DNA of 50,925 nucleotides from Alphaproteobacteria bacterium (GCA_045587165.1 JAZNBT010000045.1:1-50925), one strand, 5' to 3'; shown: positions 28,894 through 38,926, numbered from the stretch's first letter. Notes: generated by a model from the sequence alone, not told the origin. Translations and numbers: made by a program.

Positions 28894-29592
28894 ATGGTGA
28901 AAACCGTTTGGAAACCAGGAACAATGCTTTATCCGCTTCCGCCCGTTATGGTGACTTGCGGTACGGTTGAAAAGCCGAATGTTTTAACAATCGCTTGGAC
29001 GGGCATTATCAACTCCGAACCGGCGATGACGTACATATCCATCCGTCCGTCCCGTTTTTCTTACGACATTATCAAAGAAACAAAGGAATTCGTTATTAAC
29101 TTAAGCACGGAAAAGATGCTCAAAGCCGTTGATTTCTGTGGTGTAAAATCGGGAAAAGACACGGATAAACTTAAAGAAACCGGACTTACCGTCCTGCCTG
29201 CCGAAAATATTAAAGCTCCTATCATAGAGCAAAGCCCCTTATCTTTGGAATGTCGCGTTACGGAAATCAAACCGTTGGGTTCGCACGACATGTTTTTGGC
29301 CGAAATCACAGCCGTTCACGTCGATGAAAAATTACTGGATGCAAACGGACGGTTTGAATTGGAAAAAAGCGGATTGATCGCTTTTTGTCATGGCGCTTAT
29401 TACGCTTTGGGCAAAAAGCTCGGAACTTTCGGATTTTCCGTTGAAAAAAAGAAAACCCGCAAACAGAGAATCGCTCAAATCAAACAAGAACGAAATGCAG
29501 CTAAAAAACAAAAAGATACGAATAAAAACAAATTAAAAAGAAAAGAAAAACAAACTAAAAAAACAAAAAAATATTCAAAAAAAGCTCCTTGA
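28894..29592 (+). CDS. Flavin reductase-like domain protein with a Lys-rich C-terminal tail
   Basis: AAGGAG Shine-Dalgarno. The first ~180 aa resemble the flavin reductase / FMN-binding split-barrel fold (LYPLPPVMVTCG, NVLTIAWTG). The last ~48 aa are about half Lys/Arg (KKKTRKQRIAQIKQERNAAKKQKDTNKNKLKRKEKQTKKTKKYSKK). Confidence 0.75.
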   Translation: MVKTVWKPGTMLYPLPPVMVTCGTVEKPNVLTIAWTGIINSEPAMTYISIRPSRFSYDIIKETKEFVINLSTEKMLKAVDFCGVKSGKDTDKLKETGLTVLPAENIKAPIIEQSPLSLECRVTEIKPLGSHDMFLAEITAVHVDEKLLDANGRFELEKSGLIAFCHGAYYALGKKLGTFGFSVEKKKTRKQRIAQIKQERNAAKKQKDTNKNKLKRKEKQTKKTKKYSKKAP

Positions 29593-29606
29593 CAGGAGCT
29601 TTTTTA
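29576..29606. terminator. Bidirectional terminator
   Basis: AAAAAAAGCTCC-TTGACA-GGAGCTTTTTT. It overlaps the stop codon at 29590 and lies between convergent genes. Confidence 0.6.
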
Positions 29607-29610
29607 TTTA

Positions 29611-30318
29611 TCAGGATTTCATTTTTTCACAAGCGGCCTCTATCCTGTTTTGCAATTCATCGATAAAAGCCCGCTTATCCAAATCTTGCGGCATTGCCGG
29701 CAAAAATTCGATAATGACCGTTCCGGGATTTTTTATAAAAGCGTTTTTCCGCCAGAAATATCCCGAATTCAGAGCCGCCGGTATTACGGGAACGGCGCAT
29801 TTTTCATATAACAAACCGACCCCCGGATTATAGCGTGTTGTAGCTCCCGGCGCCGTTCTGGTACCTTCCGGAAAAATGATGACCGGACGATTTTGCTCCA
29901 ATCTTTTTTGACTGCCCTGTAAAATAGAGCGCATGGCCTTTGTCCCCGACGACCGATCGATCGGCACACTGCCCGACAACAAAAGATTCCAACCGAATAA
30001 AGGAATATACAGCAGTTCCTTTTTCAAAATATACGCCGGCAAAGGCAATATGGCATGAAAAGCGATCGTTTCCAATGCCGATTGATGTTTGGACGCCACA
30101 ATATAGCGTCTGTCCGCCGGCAGATTTTCTATTCCCCGCACTTCGCATTTGATACCGGCGATCCAACGAAGTCCGAACATCAGGGATTTCCCCCATAATT
30201 TGGCATTAAACGCCAGCGCCTTCATCGGTAACCAGGCAAACAGAACGCCTGCCGAACAAAAAAACAATGTTGCCAAAACATAGTAGATGTTAAATAAAAA
30301 CGATCGTATCAATTTCAT
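29611..30318 (-). CDS. plsC: 1-acyl-sn-glycerol-3-phosphate acyltransferase
   Basis: 235 aa with an N-terminal TM. Acyltransferase blocks ASKHQSALE (HX4E variant of HX4D) and IFPEGTR are present. Confidence 0.85.
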   Translation of the reverse strand: MKLIRSFLFNIYYVLATLFFCSAGVLFAWLPMKALAFNAKLWGKSLMFGLRWIAGIKCEVRGIENLPADRRYIVASKHQSALETIAFHAILPLPAYILKKELLYIPLFGWNLLLSGSVPIDRSSGTKAMRSILQGSQKRLEQNRPVIIFPEGTRTAPGATTRYNPGVGLLYEKCAVPVIPAALNSGYFWRKNAFIKNPGTVIIEFLPAMPQDLDKRAFIDELQNRIEAACEKMKS

Positions 30319-30932
30319 TTCAAACCTGCCGTTTCAATATTAAAAGAAGTCGCGGAGAAAGGAAGGACATGGCTTAATGCGACGACAAGAAACTTCATAT
30401 ATTCCGATGTAATCAGAGAAAACGTTCCTGGCCATTTCCACCATTCGTCATGCTTAACGGTCTGCGGAAAAACAGGATGAGGAATAATCTCGATATCCGG
30501 CATCACGTCTTTGAATTCGGACAGACTGCGCGGCATATGGTAAGACGCCGTAACCAACCGCAACGATTTAAAACCGTTTCTGCTGATCCAATCCCTGCTT
30601 TCCAAAGCGTTTTCACGCGTATTTCCGGCAATGTGCCCCAAGGTAATCTTATCGCCCAAATTTTCAGGCAATTCATCTATCGTTTCGGCCAACAAAATCC
30701 AGTCAACCTTTTCATTAACGCCGGAAATGAACAGTTTTTCAGCTTTTTGCCGTTTCAACAAATCGACGGCGGCGGCGACACGCTGCGTTCCGCCCGTCAA
30801 AGCAACGATCGCATCCGTCGTCGTTTCCAGATCTTTCGGCCCTCGATTTACCAAAGACGCAAACCAAAACAAACCGCCGGTCCAAGCGGCAAACAAAATA
30901 AAAACGATCGGCAGCACTTTCTTACGTATCAT
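30315..30932 (-). CDS. DUF218 / YdcF-SanA family protein
   Basis: Start at ATG 30932 forms an ATGA overlap with the ftsX stop. N-terminal TM, then IVALTGG...R and SYHMPRS, typical of DUF218. Confidence 0.75.
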   Translation of the reverse strand: MIRKKVLPIVFILFAAWTGGLFWFASLVNRGPKDLETTTDAIVALTGGTQRVAAAVDLLKRQKAEKLFISGVNEKVDWILLAETIDELPENLGDKITLGHIAGNTRENALESRDWISRNGFKSLRLVTASYHMPRSLSEFKDVMPDIEIIPHPVFPQTVKHDEWWKWPGTFSLITSEYMKFLVVALSHVLPFSATSFNIETAGLK

Positions 30933-31825
30933 AGCATCCGCCTGAGAGTTCTTTGCACTGTCCAATACGCCGTCAGCGTTGATAAAACAACCGCCAAAAC
31001 GGGAACAAGCCCCAATAAAATCCAAGACGCCGCGTCAAATCTGGCCTCGGAGAGCAATCCGCCCTGAATTTCACCCGCCAAAGACGACAATAAAAACAAA
31101 ATAGGCACAACACCCAAAAAGCCGACAACGGCACCGACAGACGCCAGTAAAGCCGTTCTTTTGGCGTATTGTTTGGAAATATAACCGTCATAGGCGCCGA
31201 TTTGATGCAAAAGCTCGATGACGGGTTTATGAACGGCTAAAGAAGAGCAGGTAACATAAATAACGATTACCGACGTTGTGGCGATAACCAGACTTAACAA
31301 CGCCGATGCCAGCAAGTCCAATGTCTGCACCAACTTAACCAACTTACCCAACCATAATTTATGTACATCCAATGACGCGTTCGGCGTATTTTTACTTAAA
31401 AGCGCTTTTAACATATCCAGATCGACTTCCGCATCCGGAATCAGTTGTACGTCAATCAAATGCGGCATCGGCAAATCGTCCAATAAAAAAGTATCGCCCA
31501 GCCACGGCCTCAACAAATCTTTCATCTGGCTGTCCGTTAAAACGTTCGCCGACGCTATTCCCGCCGTTTTCCGCAAAATATCCAAAACATCCTGCATTTC
31601 CTGTTGCGTCTTTTTCTTATTGACGCGACCGTTTTCTTCGATCGGGATAACCTGAACCGTTAAAGAACCCGAAATAGACCGGCTCCAACGCGACAGCATC
31701 GAATTCAGCGACAGCGTTCCGGCCGTCGTCAACCCCGCAAAAAACACCATAAGCATAACCATCCACGGTAAAAACCATGCAGAAGTATCTTTGGAAAAAG
31801 GCAGATCGCTGGTTCGTCTAAACAC
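30929..31825 (-). CDS. ftsX: Cell division ABC transporter permease FtsX
   Basis: 298 aa with 4 TM and a large first periplasmic loop. It lies immediately downstream of ftsE and overlaps it. Confidence 0.8.
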   Translation of the reverse strand: MFRRTSDLPFSKDTSAWFLPWMVMLMVFFAGLTTAGTLSLNSMLSRWSRSISGSLTVQVIPIEENGRVNKKKTQQEMQDVLDILRKTAGIASANVLTDSQMKDLLRPWLGDTFLLDDLPMPHLIDVQLIPDAEVDLDMLKALLSKNTPNASLDVHKLWLGKLVKLVQTLDLLASALLSLVIATTSVIVIYVTCSSLAVHKPVIELLHQIGAYDGYISKQYAKRTALLASVGAVVGFLGVVPILFLLSSLAGEIQGGLLSEARFDAASWILLGLVPVLAVVLSTLTAYWTVQRTLRRML

Positions 31826-32543
31826 GCGCGGCCTCCGTTCTTAAATAAGCCTGATCAGGTGAATAGCCGACCGGATAAACCGTTAAACGGCCTTTTGCCA
31901 AGTGCATGCGCGGATAAGGAAAAGTACGGATCAAACCTTCGTTATGCGTCGCGATTACAACCGTCGTCCCGCGCCGATTCAATTCAACGAACAAACGCAT
32001 CAACCGAGCAGCGGATTTGTCATCCATATTTCCGGTCGGTTCGTCGGCCAACAAAATTTGAGGCCGATTGATAACGGCTCGCGCGATCGCTACGCTTTGT
32101 TTCTGACCGCCCGACAAAGTCGGCGGTTTGGCGTTCAAGTGCGTTCCCAATCCGACCCACATCAATAATTCGGCGACACGTTTTTGAATTTCGTCTTCGC
32201 CGTAACCGGCAACGCGCAAAGGCAAAGCGACATTATCAACGGCGGACAAATGATCCAACAACCGGAAATCCTGAAAAACAACACCTATCTTGCGCCTGAC
32301 GTCGGGCAATTCTTCCCGACCGATGCTGCGAACGGCTTTTCCGAACAGTTTGACATGGCCGCGGGTCGGGCTTTGCGCCAAATACAACAAGCTCAGCAAA
32401 GAGGTCTTACCCGCTCCGCTTTCCCCCGTTAAAAAATGAAAAGACCCCGCAGGCAGCGCAAAAGAAACATCTTTCAACACTTCGGCGCCCTGCCCGTAAC
32501 GCAGGCCGACAGCGTCAAATTCTATGACATACGGTTCCGCCAC
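31818..32543 (-). CDS. ftsE: Cell division ATP-binding protein FtsE
   Basis: 241 aa. Walker A GESGAGKTS, signature LSGGQKQ, Walker B LLADEPTGNMD. Confidence 0.9.
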   Translation of the reverse strand: MAEPYVIEFDAVGLRYGQGAEVLKDVSFALPAGSFHFLTGESGAGKTSLLSLLYLAQSPTRGHVKLFGKAVRSIGREELPDVRRKIGVVFQDFRLLDHLSAVDNVALPLRVAGYGEDEIQKRVAELLMWVGLGTHLNAKPPTLSGGQKQSVAIARAVINRPQILLADEPTGNMDDKSAARLMRLFVELNRRGTTVVIATHNEGLIRTFPYPRMHLAKGRLTVYPVGYSPDQAYLRTEAARV

Positions 32544-32653
32544 TGATTTCTCCCGTTATTTCGACCACCGTATTTAAACACACTTGAAAAAATAAGTTAA
32601 CATTTTATACGTAAATCTGCATAATACTATATCAAATTTTACAGGAAAGAAAA

Positions 32654-33295
32654 ATGCTGATCACCTGTCCGCAATGTAAAACGCAATACGATGTTCCTCT
32701 GGTTTCGCAGACAACCGGACAAAAGGTAAAATGCGTCAAATGCGGTTGCGTCTGGGAAACGGATGACAATACGAACACCTTTGATGCAAGGGATTTACCT
32801 GATTTTATCAACGAAAAAATCGTTGCGGATCCGCTTTCCGAAACAGAAGAAATCGACATTCCCATGCCGATGTTTCAGGACTTTTTCAAACCGCCCGAAA
32901 AGAAGAAACCGGAATTTTTAAAATGGATCCGCCCGTTATATTTTACCGGTTTGTTTTGCATCGCCGCATCAATCTATCTGTTTTTTTTCCGTTCTCCCGT
33001 ATGTCCGCCGATGACATTGCAGACGTTGGCTCATGAATCCGTTCAAGAAGAATATAAAACTTATCTGCTGCTTCAAGCCGCCGCTTTTAACAATACGGAT
33101 CAGGAAATCGTTCCGGAAACTTTCAGCATACGTTTTTCAGATGAAAACGGACGGCTGTTAACAACGACTACGGTCGGTTCGCCCGTTTCCGTCCTGCCGC
33201 CTCGCAGCACGGAAAAAATCGATTTAAAAATCGAACGCCCCCCTTCACAAACGGCGCAAGCCACCGTTACGCTGACAAAATTCACCATACGTTAA
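32654..33295 (+). CDS. MJ0042-type zinc-ribbon membrane protein (DUF3426-like)
   Basis: N-terminal ITCPQCKTQYDVP...KCVKCGCVWE zinc ribbon, one TM, and a C-terminal beta-rich domain. This protein is a common neighbour of ftsEX in Alphaproteobacteria. Confidence 0.7.
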   Translation: MLITCPQCKTQYDVPLVSQTTGQKVKCVKCGCVWETDDNTNTFDARDLPDFINEKIVADPLSETEEIDIPMPMFQDFFKPPEKKKPEFLKWIRPLYFTGLFCIAASIYLFFFRSPVCPPMTLQTLAHESVQEEYKTYLLLQAAAFNNTDQEIVPETFSIRFSDENGRLLTTTTVGSPVSVLPPRSTEKIDLKIERPPSQTAQATVTLTKFTIR

Positions 33296-34551
33296 AGCCA
33301 CGGTGCGGAACACGTCAATGCCAACATGTCCTCCAAACTCTGGCGTTTGCGAACGACGGCATAATCTTTGCCGTTAACCAAGACCTCGGCACATAACGGA
33401 CGGAAATTATAATTCGATCCCATGGACGATCCGTAAGCTCCCGCCGTTTTTAAAACGATCAGATCTCCCGCCGCCATTTCGGGCAACAATCGATCTTTAC
33501 CGAAAACGTCACTGCTTTCGCAAATCGGGCCGACAACATCGTAAGCATGATCGTTCACGCCCTCTTTAACCGAAACAATCCCGTGATAGGCATCATAGAT
33601 CGCCGGACGGATCAAATCGTTCATACCGGCATCCAAAACCAAAAAGCGTTTGGTCGCCGTTTGTTTTACCCGAACGATACGCGAAACCAAAATACCAGAC
33701 TGCGCCAACAGATAACGTCCCGGTTCAAAAACGATTTCGCAATCCAGATCACCTAAAACTTTACCGACCAATTCCATATACGTTTCAGGAGAAGCCGCCT
33801 TGTCGCTGTCTTGATACGTCACGCCCAATCCGCCGCCGACATCAATCGTCCGGATATCAATTCCGTCATCACGCAGTTGACGAACGATTTCGGCCGCCCG
33901 CTTAAAAGCTTCCTCGAACGGTTCCATTTCCAACAGCTGTGAACCGACATGAACGTCGATCCCGACAGGCGACAATCCTTCCGATTTAGCAAAATCACGG
34001 TATAAAGAACGAGCCTTTTCCCAAGCGACACCGAATTTGTTTTCTTTTTTTCCCGTCGTTATTTTGTGGTGCGTACGGGCATCGACATCGGGATTGACGC
34101 GCAAAGCTATCTTCGCTTTTTTACCGGCCTTAATCGCGATGTCGTTCAACATTAACGCTTCTTCCTCGGATTCGACATTAATCTGCTTAATATCGTTTTC
34201 CACGGCCAACGTCAATTCTTCCTCGTTTTTTCCGACGCCGGAAAAAACGATTTTATCCGCCGGAATGCCGGATTTTAACGCCAACAATAATTCCCCGCCG
34301 GAAACAATGTCCGCTCCGGCACCCAAACCGGCCAATAATTTTAAAACAGACGGATTAAAATTACTTTTTATGGCAAAACAGGTCAGAGATTTTTTCAAAT
34401 TTTTCTTTGCCGCTCCGTCAAAAGCGCGAAAATGATCGACAATGCCCTGCTGCGAGTAAATATAAAAAGGCGTCGATATATTTTTTGCAATATCGGAAAT
34501 TGCAACATCTTCAACATATAATTGTCCGTTTTGATAATGAATGGCGTTCAT
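33292..34551 (-). CDS. lysA: Diaminopimelate decarboxylase
   Basis: 419 aa fold-type III PLP enzyme. CFAIKSN (PLP Lys), HVGSQ, DVGGGLGV, EPGR and CESSD are present. Confidence 0.92.
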   Translation of the reverse strand: MNAIHYQNGQLYVEDVAISDIAKNISTPFYIYSQQGIVDHFRAFDGAAKKNLKKSLTCFAIKSNFNPSVLKLLAGLGAGADIVSGGELLLALKSGIPADKIVFSGVGKNEEELTLAVENDIKQINVESEEEALMLNDIAIKAGKKAKIALRVNPDVDARTHHKITTGKKENKFGVAWEKARSLYRDFAKSEGLSPVGIDVHVGSQLLEMEPFEEAFKRAAEIVRQLRDDGIDIRTIDVGGGLGVTYQDSDKAASPETYMELVGKVLGDLDCEIVFEPGRYLLAQSGILVSRIVRVKQTATKRFLVLDAGMNDLIRPAIYDAYHGIVSVKEGVNDHAYDVVGPICESSDVFGKDRLLPEMAAGDLIVLKTAGAYGSSMGSNYNFRPLCAEVLVNGKDYAVVRKRQSLEDMLALTCSAPWL

Positions 34552-34552
34552 T

Positions 34553-34768
34553 TTATTTTTCCGTTTCCAAAGATTCGTTTATTTCCCAAATGCTTTCAGG
34601 CTGTTTTTCCGACGGCATTGATTGAATTGTCCGCTTTATCCGCCGCGGTTCATGACGGGCGGGATATTGACGCGGATACGTCGTTCCGGCCGGAAAATCA
34701 AGCTTTCCCCTTTTTCCGCACCCGGCAAGACAAAAAACACACAACAAAACAATAGCGATCGTTTTCAT
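34553..34768 (-). CDS. lptM: Small lipoprotein, LptM (YifL)-like
   Basis: 71 aa. The signal peptide with lipobox LAGC is followed by GKRGKLDFP, matching the GCG-x-KG-x-L-x-x-P hallmark. It lies directly upstream of lysA. Confidence 0.55.
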   Translation of the reverse strand: MKTIAIVLLCVFCLAGCGKRGKLDFPAGTTYPRQYPARHEPRRIKRTIQSMPSEKQPESIWEINESLETEK

Positions 34769-34864
34769 GTAAAAACTCTTTTCTTTTCAACTTCGTGCAC
34801 AGAATAGCAACTGTTAAAAACTTATTCACTCTTTTTTTTTATCTTAAGAAAACAAGGAATAAAA

Positions 34865-35539
34865 ATGTATTTATTTATTTTTTATCTGTTTTTCGGATTA
34901 TTGGCGCCGTTCGCAGCAAATGCGCAAACGACGGGCAACGTTTCGATAAAAAACGCGCTGGCTCCGCAAACGTTTAAACTCTATTCCCACCCCGTCTTGG
35001 CGCCGACAGCATCCTTTCAAGACGAAACCGGTCAGAAAATTTCCTTACGTGATTTTCGGGGTAAAATCGTTTTATTGAACATTTGGTCGACATCGTGCAC
35101 ACAATGCGTAATTGAATTGCCTATGCTGGATCGATTGCAAAAAGATATGGGCGGCATGAAATTTCACGTCATCGCATTATCATCGGATCTGGAGCCTCTG
35201 CCCGTTTTACGCAAATTTTGGATCAACAGGGGTATCAAGCATTTAAAAATTTATTCGGATCCGCAAGCGCTGTTTTCTCAGGCCGCAAACGTCAAAGGAC
35301 TGCCGACGACGTTTTTAATTGATGAAGAAGGACGTGAAGTCGGCAGAATTCGCGGGATTGTTGAATGGGACGGACCGAAAATCAAGGCGCAAATCCGTGA
35401 TCTGATCCGCGCGGCCAAAGAAAAAGCCCAGAAGAAAAAAGAAGAAAAAACGGAAAAGAAAAGCGACATTTCCGCAGAGTCTGGCTCATCTGCATCGGTG
35501 AACGCGCCTCAAGAAATACAAAGTTGGTTTAAAAAATAG
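34865..35539 (+). CDS. TlpA-like periplasmic thiol:disulfide oxidoreductase
   Basis: Signal peptide, then a thioredoxin fold with WSTSCTQCVIELP (CxxC) and KGLPTTFLID. Lys/Glu-rich C-terminal tail. Confidence 0.8.
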   Translation: MYLFIFYLFFGLLAPFAANAQTTGNVSIKNALAPQTFKLYSHPVLAPTASFQDETGQKISLRDFRGKIVLLNIWSTSCTQCVIELPMLDRLQKDMGGMKFHVIALSSDLEPLPVLRKFWINRGIKHLKIYSDPQALFSQAANVKGLPTTFLIDEEGREVGRIRGIVEWDGPKIKAQIRDLIRAAKEKAQKKKEEKTEKKSDISAESGSSASVNAPQEIQSWFKK

Positions 35540-35630
35540 AGGAAACCTTATCTTTTTAAAAAAAGCTTGATTCTCTTGATAAAACGGATAAAAAGAGGAT
35601 CTCTGCTGACGTATAGATATGGAGGTCCTT

Positions 35631-36104
35631 ATGGCCAAACCGAACTATTTAAAAATTTCCTGGGAACAATTTCATAGCGATGCAAGAATATTGGCATCAC
35701 GTTTAACCGACCGCAAAGATTTAAAGAAAATCATCTGCGTAACCCGTGGCGGATTACTTCCCGCCGGTGTATTGGCCCGAGAATTGGAAATCCGTTATAT
35801 CGATACGATCTGCGTCGCCGGATATGATGAAGAAGAACGGGGAACAAAAGCATCCTTGTTAAAGGTTCCCGAAACGGACGGCGAAGGCGTTCTGGTCGTC
35901 GACGATTTGGTCGATTCCGGCAGAACGGGACAAATTATCCGCGAATTAATGCCCAAGGCTTATTTCGTTACTTTATACGCCAAGCCCATGGGACAAAAAG
36001 TCGTCGACGATTTCGTCCTTGCCGTTGAGCAGGACACATGGGTTTTATTCCCGTGGGAAGCCGAATTGGCTCCGGCCACTCCGTTAGCCCGCAACGAAGA
36101 TTAA
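35631..36104 (+). CDS. gpt: Xanthine-guanine phosphoribosyltransferase
   Basis: Start at ATG 35631 behind a GGAGG Shine-Dalgarno. ISWEQFHSDARILASRL, VTRGGLLPAG and the PRPP loop VLVVDDLVDSGRTG match Gpt. Confidence 0.85.
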   Translation: MAKPNYLKISWEQFHSDARILASRLTDRKDLKKIICVTRGGLLPAGVLARELEIRYIDTICVAGYDEEERGTKASLLKVPETDGEGVLVVDDLVDSGRTGQIIRELMPKAYFVTLYAKPMGQKVVDDFVLAVEQDTWVLFPWEAELAPATPLARNED

Positions 36105-36123
36105 AAATAATTTTTTCATTCAT

Positions 36124-36157
36124 AAAAAAACCGGATAAAAATTTATCCGGTTTTTTT
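36124..36157. terminator. Bidirectional terminator between gpt and pssA
   Basis: AAAAAAACCGGATAAA-AA-TTTATCCGGTTTTTTT: perfect inverted repeat with flanking A and T runs. Confidence 0.7.
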
Positions 36158-36172
36158 ATCTTAACACGTAAA

Positions 36173-36955
36173 TTACGCTTCTTCTTTTTCCACGTTTTTT
36201 CCTTCTTCTTTTGCTTTCAATTTCAAGAAAACGTAAGAACACAAAGGAACGCTCATCAAATAAAGCACAAATGTCGTACTGACCGTCAACCACGGTTTAT
36301 AAACCAATGCGCCGGCATAAAATCCGGCCAAAGCCAACAGGACAATGACAAACCGGACCGGTACGCGAAAATGCTTTAAAGAAATCGTCGGCAAACGCGA
36401 TGCCATTAAAAACGCGCTGATGAACAAAAATGTTTCAACAAACGGTCCGCTGCGGAAAAATTCGTTTTGAAAATGAAAATACAGCATAATCGGAACCAAC
36501 GAGATATAAGCACCGCCCGGTGCCGGCAGTCCGACAAAAAAATGTTTCCAATAGGACGGCTGCGGTTCTTCATCCAACATCACGTTAAATCTGGCCAAAC
36601 GCAACGCGCAGCAAATCGGAACCAACAATGCGAAGATCCAACCGACAGGCGATGTTGTTCCCAACGCCCAGAAATACATCAACAACCCCGGAGCAACACC
36701 GAAACATACGACATCGGATAAAGAATCCAATTCTGCGCCGAAATCGGACGTTCCGCGCAGCATACGCGCAACTCGACCGTCCAAAGCATCAAAAATCGAT
36801 GCCATTAAAATGGAAAATACGGCAAATTCAAACTTGCCTTCCATAGCGAAACGAATAGACGTCACACCGGATGACAAAGCAAACAAGGTGACTAAATTAG
36901 GCGCAATACGATTCAACGGCAGATCTTTAATCCGTTTACGGGAATTTTTTAACAT
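36173..36955 (-). CDS. pssA: CDP-diacylglycerol--serine O-phosphatidyltransferase
   Basis: 260 aa multi-TM. The CDP-alcohol phosphatidyltransferase motif is DALDGRVAR...GAELDSLSD. Confidence 0.88.
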   Translation of the reverse strand: MLKNSRKRIKDLPLNRIAPNLVTLFALSSGVTSIRFAMEGKFEFAVFSILMASIFDALDGRVARMLRGTSDFGAELDSLSDVVCFGVAPGLLMYFWALGTTSPVGWIFALLVPICCALRLARFNVMLDEEPQPSYWKHFFVGLPAPGGAYISLVPIMLYFHFQNEFFRSGPFVETFLFISAFLMASRLPTISLKHFRVPVRFVIVLLALAGFYAGALVYKPWLTVSTTFVLYLMSVPLCSYVFLKLKAKEEGKNVEKEEA

Positions 36956-36956
36956 A

Positions 36957-37664
36957 TCAGAAAATATCTCCCTTACGAGCAGGACCTGAAACAGTCATAT
37001 CAGCTAAAACCGTTTCTCCGGCAACAGCGGTTTGACCTTCCAGAACCTGAGGAGCGATGCCTTTAGGCAAATAAACATCCAAACGGCTGCCGAAACGGAT
37101 CAAACCGAAACGTTCACCGGCTTTGAGCTGATCGCCTTCCTTCACAAAAGTCAAAATACGTCGCGCGACCAATCCGGCGATCTGAACAAAAGCGATCTTA
37201 TGTCCGGTAACGGTTTCCATCGCCAATTCCTGACGTTCGTTGTTTTCACTTTCTTTATCCAAAGACACATCGACAAAAGCCCCCGGACGATAAAACATTT
37301 TTGTTATTTTACCGGCCATCGGCGCACGATTAACGTGTACGCTGAAAACACTCATAAAAATGCTGATACGCGTCATCGGTTCATCCCCCATTTCCAATTC
37401 TTTGGGCGGAACGACCTCGGTGATTTTACTGACGATGCCGTCTGCCGGAGATAAAACCAGATTTTCCCCTCCGGGAACGGCGCGCTGCGGATCACGGAAA
37501 AAGAAATAACACCATATTGTCAAGGCCAAACAAACGACACCGACCGGCTTGAACAACATCCACATCAAAACGGTTACTGCGGCGAACACTCCGACAAACC
37601 GCCAACCTTCCGGATGAATGGGCGGAAGGATGAAACGGCGCCAGGACAAATCGACTCGAGACAT
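36957..37664 (-). CDS. psd: Phosphatidylserine decarboxylase proenzyme
   Basis: 235 aa with an N-terminal TM. The short-type Psd with the FGS(R) self-cleavage region (LIRFGSRLDV). It is adjacent to pssA with a 1-nt gap. Confidence 0.88.
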   Translation of the reverse strand: MSRVDLSWRRFILPPIHPEGWRFVGVFAAVTVLMWMLFKPVGVVCLALTIWCYFFFRDPQRAVPGGENLVLSPADGIVSKITEVVPPKELEMGDEPMTRISIFMSVFSVHVNRAPMAGKITKMFYRPGAFVDVSLDKESENNERQELAMETVTGHKIAFVQIAGLVARRILTFVKEGDQLKAGERFGLIRFGSRLDVYLPKGIAPQVLEGQTAVAGETVLADMTVSGPARKGDIF

Positions 37665-37744
37665 TAAAAGCTCCTTTTAATTTTATAATGACTGTATTTG
37701 TAAGCTAACATTTCAAGAGAAAAAAGTGTTTTTTCGACGTCCCC

Positions 37745-38761
37745 TTATTTTTTCGGTTTTGCCGGCAAAACAAACACTTGATTCGGATAGATCAAATCAG
37801 GATCCTTGATCTGGGTTTTATTCGCCTGATAAATCGTAACATACGCCATACCCGATCCGTATAAATGCTTTGCAATCTTCCACAAACAATCGCCTTTAAC
37901 GACACGTACCCGGCGACGTTTCGACTTTTCAATTCCCTTTTCCATTTCAAAAGGAACCTCGACACGAGCGATGACTTTTCCTTTCGAATCGACTTTATCG
38001 GCTCGTATCATGTATTTTCGGCCGAGTTCCAATTTCCTGGGAACACGCAACGACCATTTGCCATTTTCAGCCCAGACATTGCCTAAAAACAAATTGTCCG
38101 CATATAAATTGACACGCCCCGATTCTCTGACGGTTCCATGAACAACAAACGCGTCATTGACATAATTAACCGCGCGAATATCGATATCAATCTGCATCTG
38201 CGGTTCCGCTCCTTGCAAGATATTAACATCTTCGGCATCGGAGGACATCATAACGGCCAGAACTTCTCCCGAATTTTTAGATTCCGGAACATCGACGACG
38301 ACGACTTCGGATTCATCGCGCGTATTCATCGAATCATCGCGCAACCATATTTCGTGCGTTCCCGAAACCAAAGGTTCGGCAGGGATATAAACCCACTCGC
38401 CGTCATCATTGACCGTAAATTCGGTTAAAACGCTTTCGCCGTCCATTAAAGAAACAATCGCGCCGACAGATCCTTTACCGGCGGCGACCATACTGCCATC
38501 CTCTTCGACTCGAACAATATCGAAAGAAGCCTTCAATCCGGTTGATCGATCCGTTTTTACGATATGTTTATTTAAACTCTTTTTTTGCCCTTCCGCAAAT
38601 TGATCGGAATCGGAGAAAGAATTTTCGGCCGCTCCCGAAACAACTGACGTGTCATCTGAAAACGGAAACGCTTGTTTTTCCTGAGAATCCGGATAAAAAA
38701 TGAAACACAACGCGGCTATAAAAAACAAGATGGCGACGGCGACAGCGATATTTTTCTTCAC
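37745..38761 (-). CDS. LysM domain peptidoglycan-binding protein
   Basis: 338 aa with an N-terminal TM anchor. C-terminal LysM: VVKGDCLWKIAKHLYGSGMAYVTIYQANKTQIKDPDLIYPNQVFVLP. Confidence 0.75.
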   Translation of the reverse strand: MKKNIAVAVAILFFIAALCFIFYPDSQEKQAFPFSDDTSVVSGAAENSFSDSDQFAEGQKKSLNKHIVKTDRSTGLKASFDIVRVEEDGSMVAAGKGSVGAIVSLMDGESVLTEFTVNDDGEWVYIPAEPLVSGTHEIWLRDDSMNTRDESEVVVVDVPESKNSGEVLAVMMSSDAEDVNILQGAEPQMQIDIDIRAVNYVNDAFVVHGTVRESGRVNLYADNLFLGNVWAENGKWSLRVPRKLELGRKYMIRADKVDSKGKVIARVEVPFEMEKGIEKSKRRRVRVVKGDCLWKIAKHLYGSGMAYVTIYQANKTQIKDPDLIYPNQVFVLPAKPKK

Positions 38762-38842
38762 AAAAGCACCTAAAAAATAAAAAAAAAGATAAAAGCCTCT
38801 TGCAGTATAGCAAACTTCGCGCTATAAGCAATAACACTTATT

Positions 38843-38919
38843 CGGAGTGTAGCTCAGCTTGGTAGAGCACTACGTTCGGGACGTAGGGGTCGTAGGTTCA
38901 AATCCTGTCACTCCGACCA
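38843..38919 (+). tRNA. tRNA-Pro (anticodon CGG)
   Basis: The cloverleaf folds by hand. Acceptor CGGAGTG/CACTCCG, D arm GCTC..GAGC, anticodon stem CTACG/CGTAG with loop TTCGGGA, T loop TTCAAAT, encoded CCA. Confidence 0.9.
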
Positions 38920-38926
38920 ATATAAG

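Noticed and set aside
29440-29610. A-rich repetitive tract considered as a simple repeat or array
   Set aside because: It stays in frame with the upstream flavin reductase-like ORF and lacks regular repeat-spacer periodicity. It is interpreted as a Lys-rich coding tail plus terminator.
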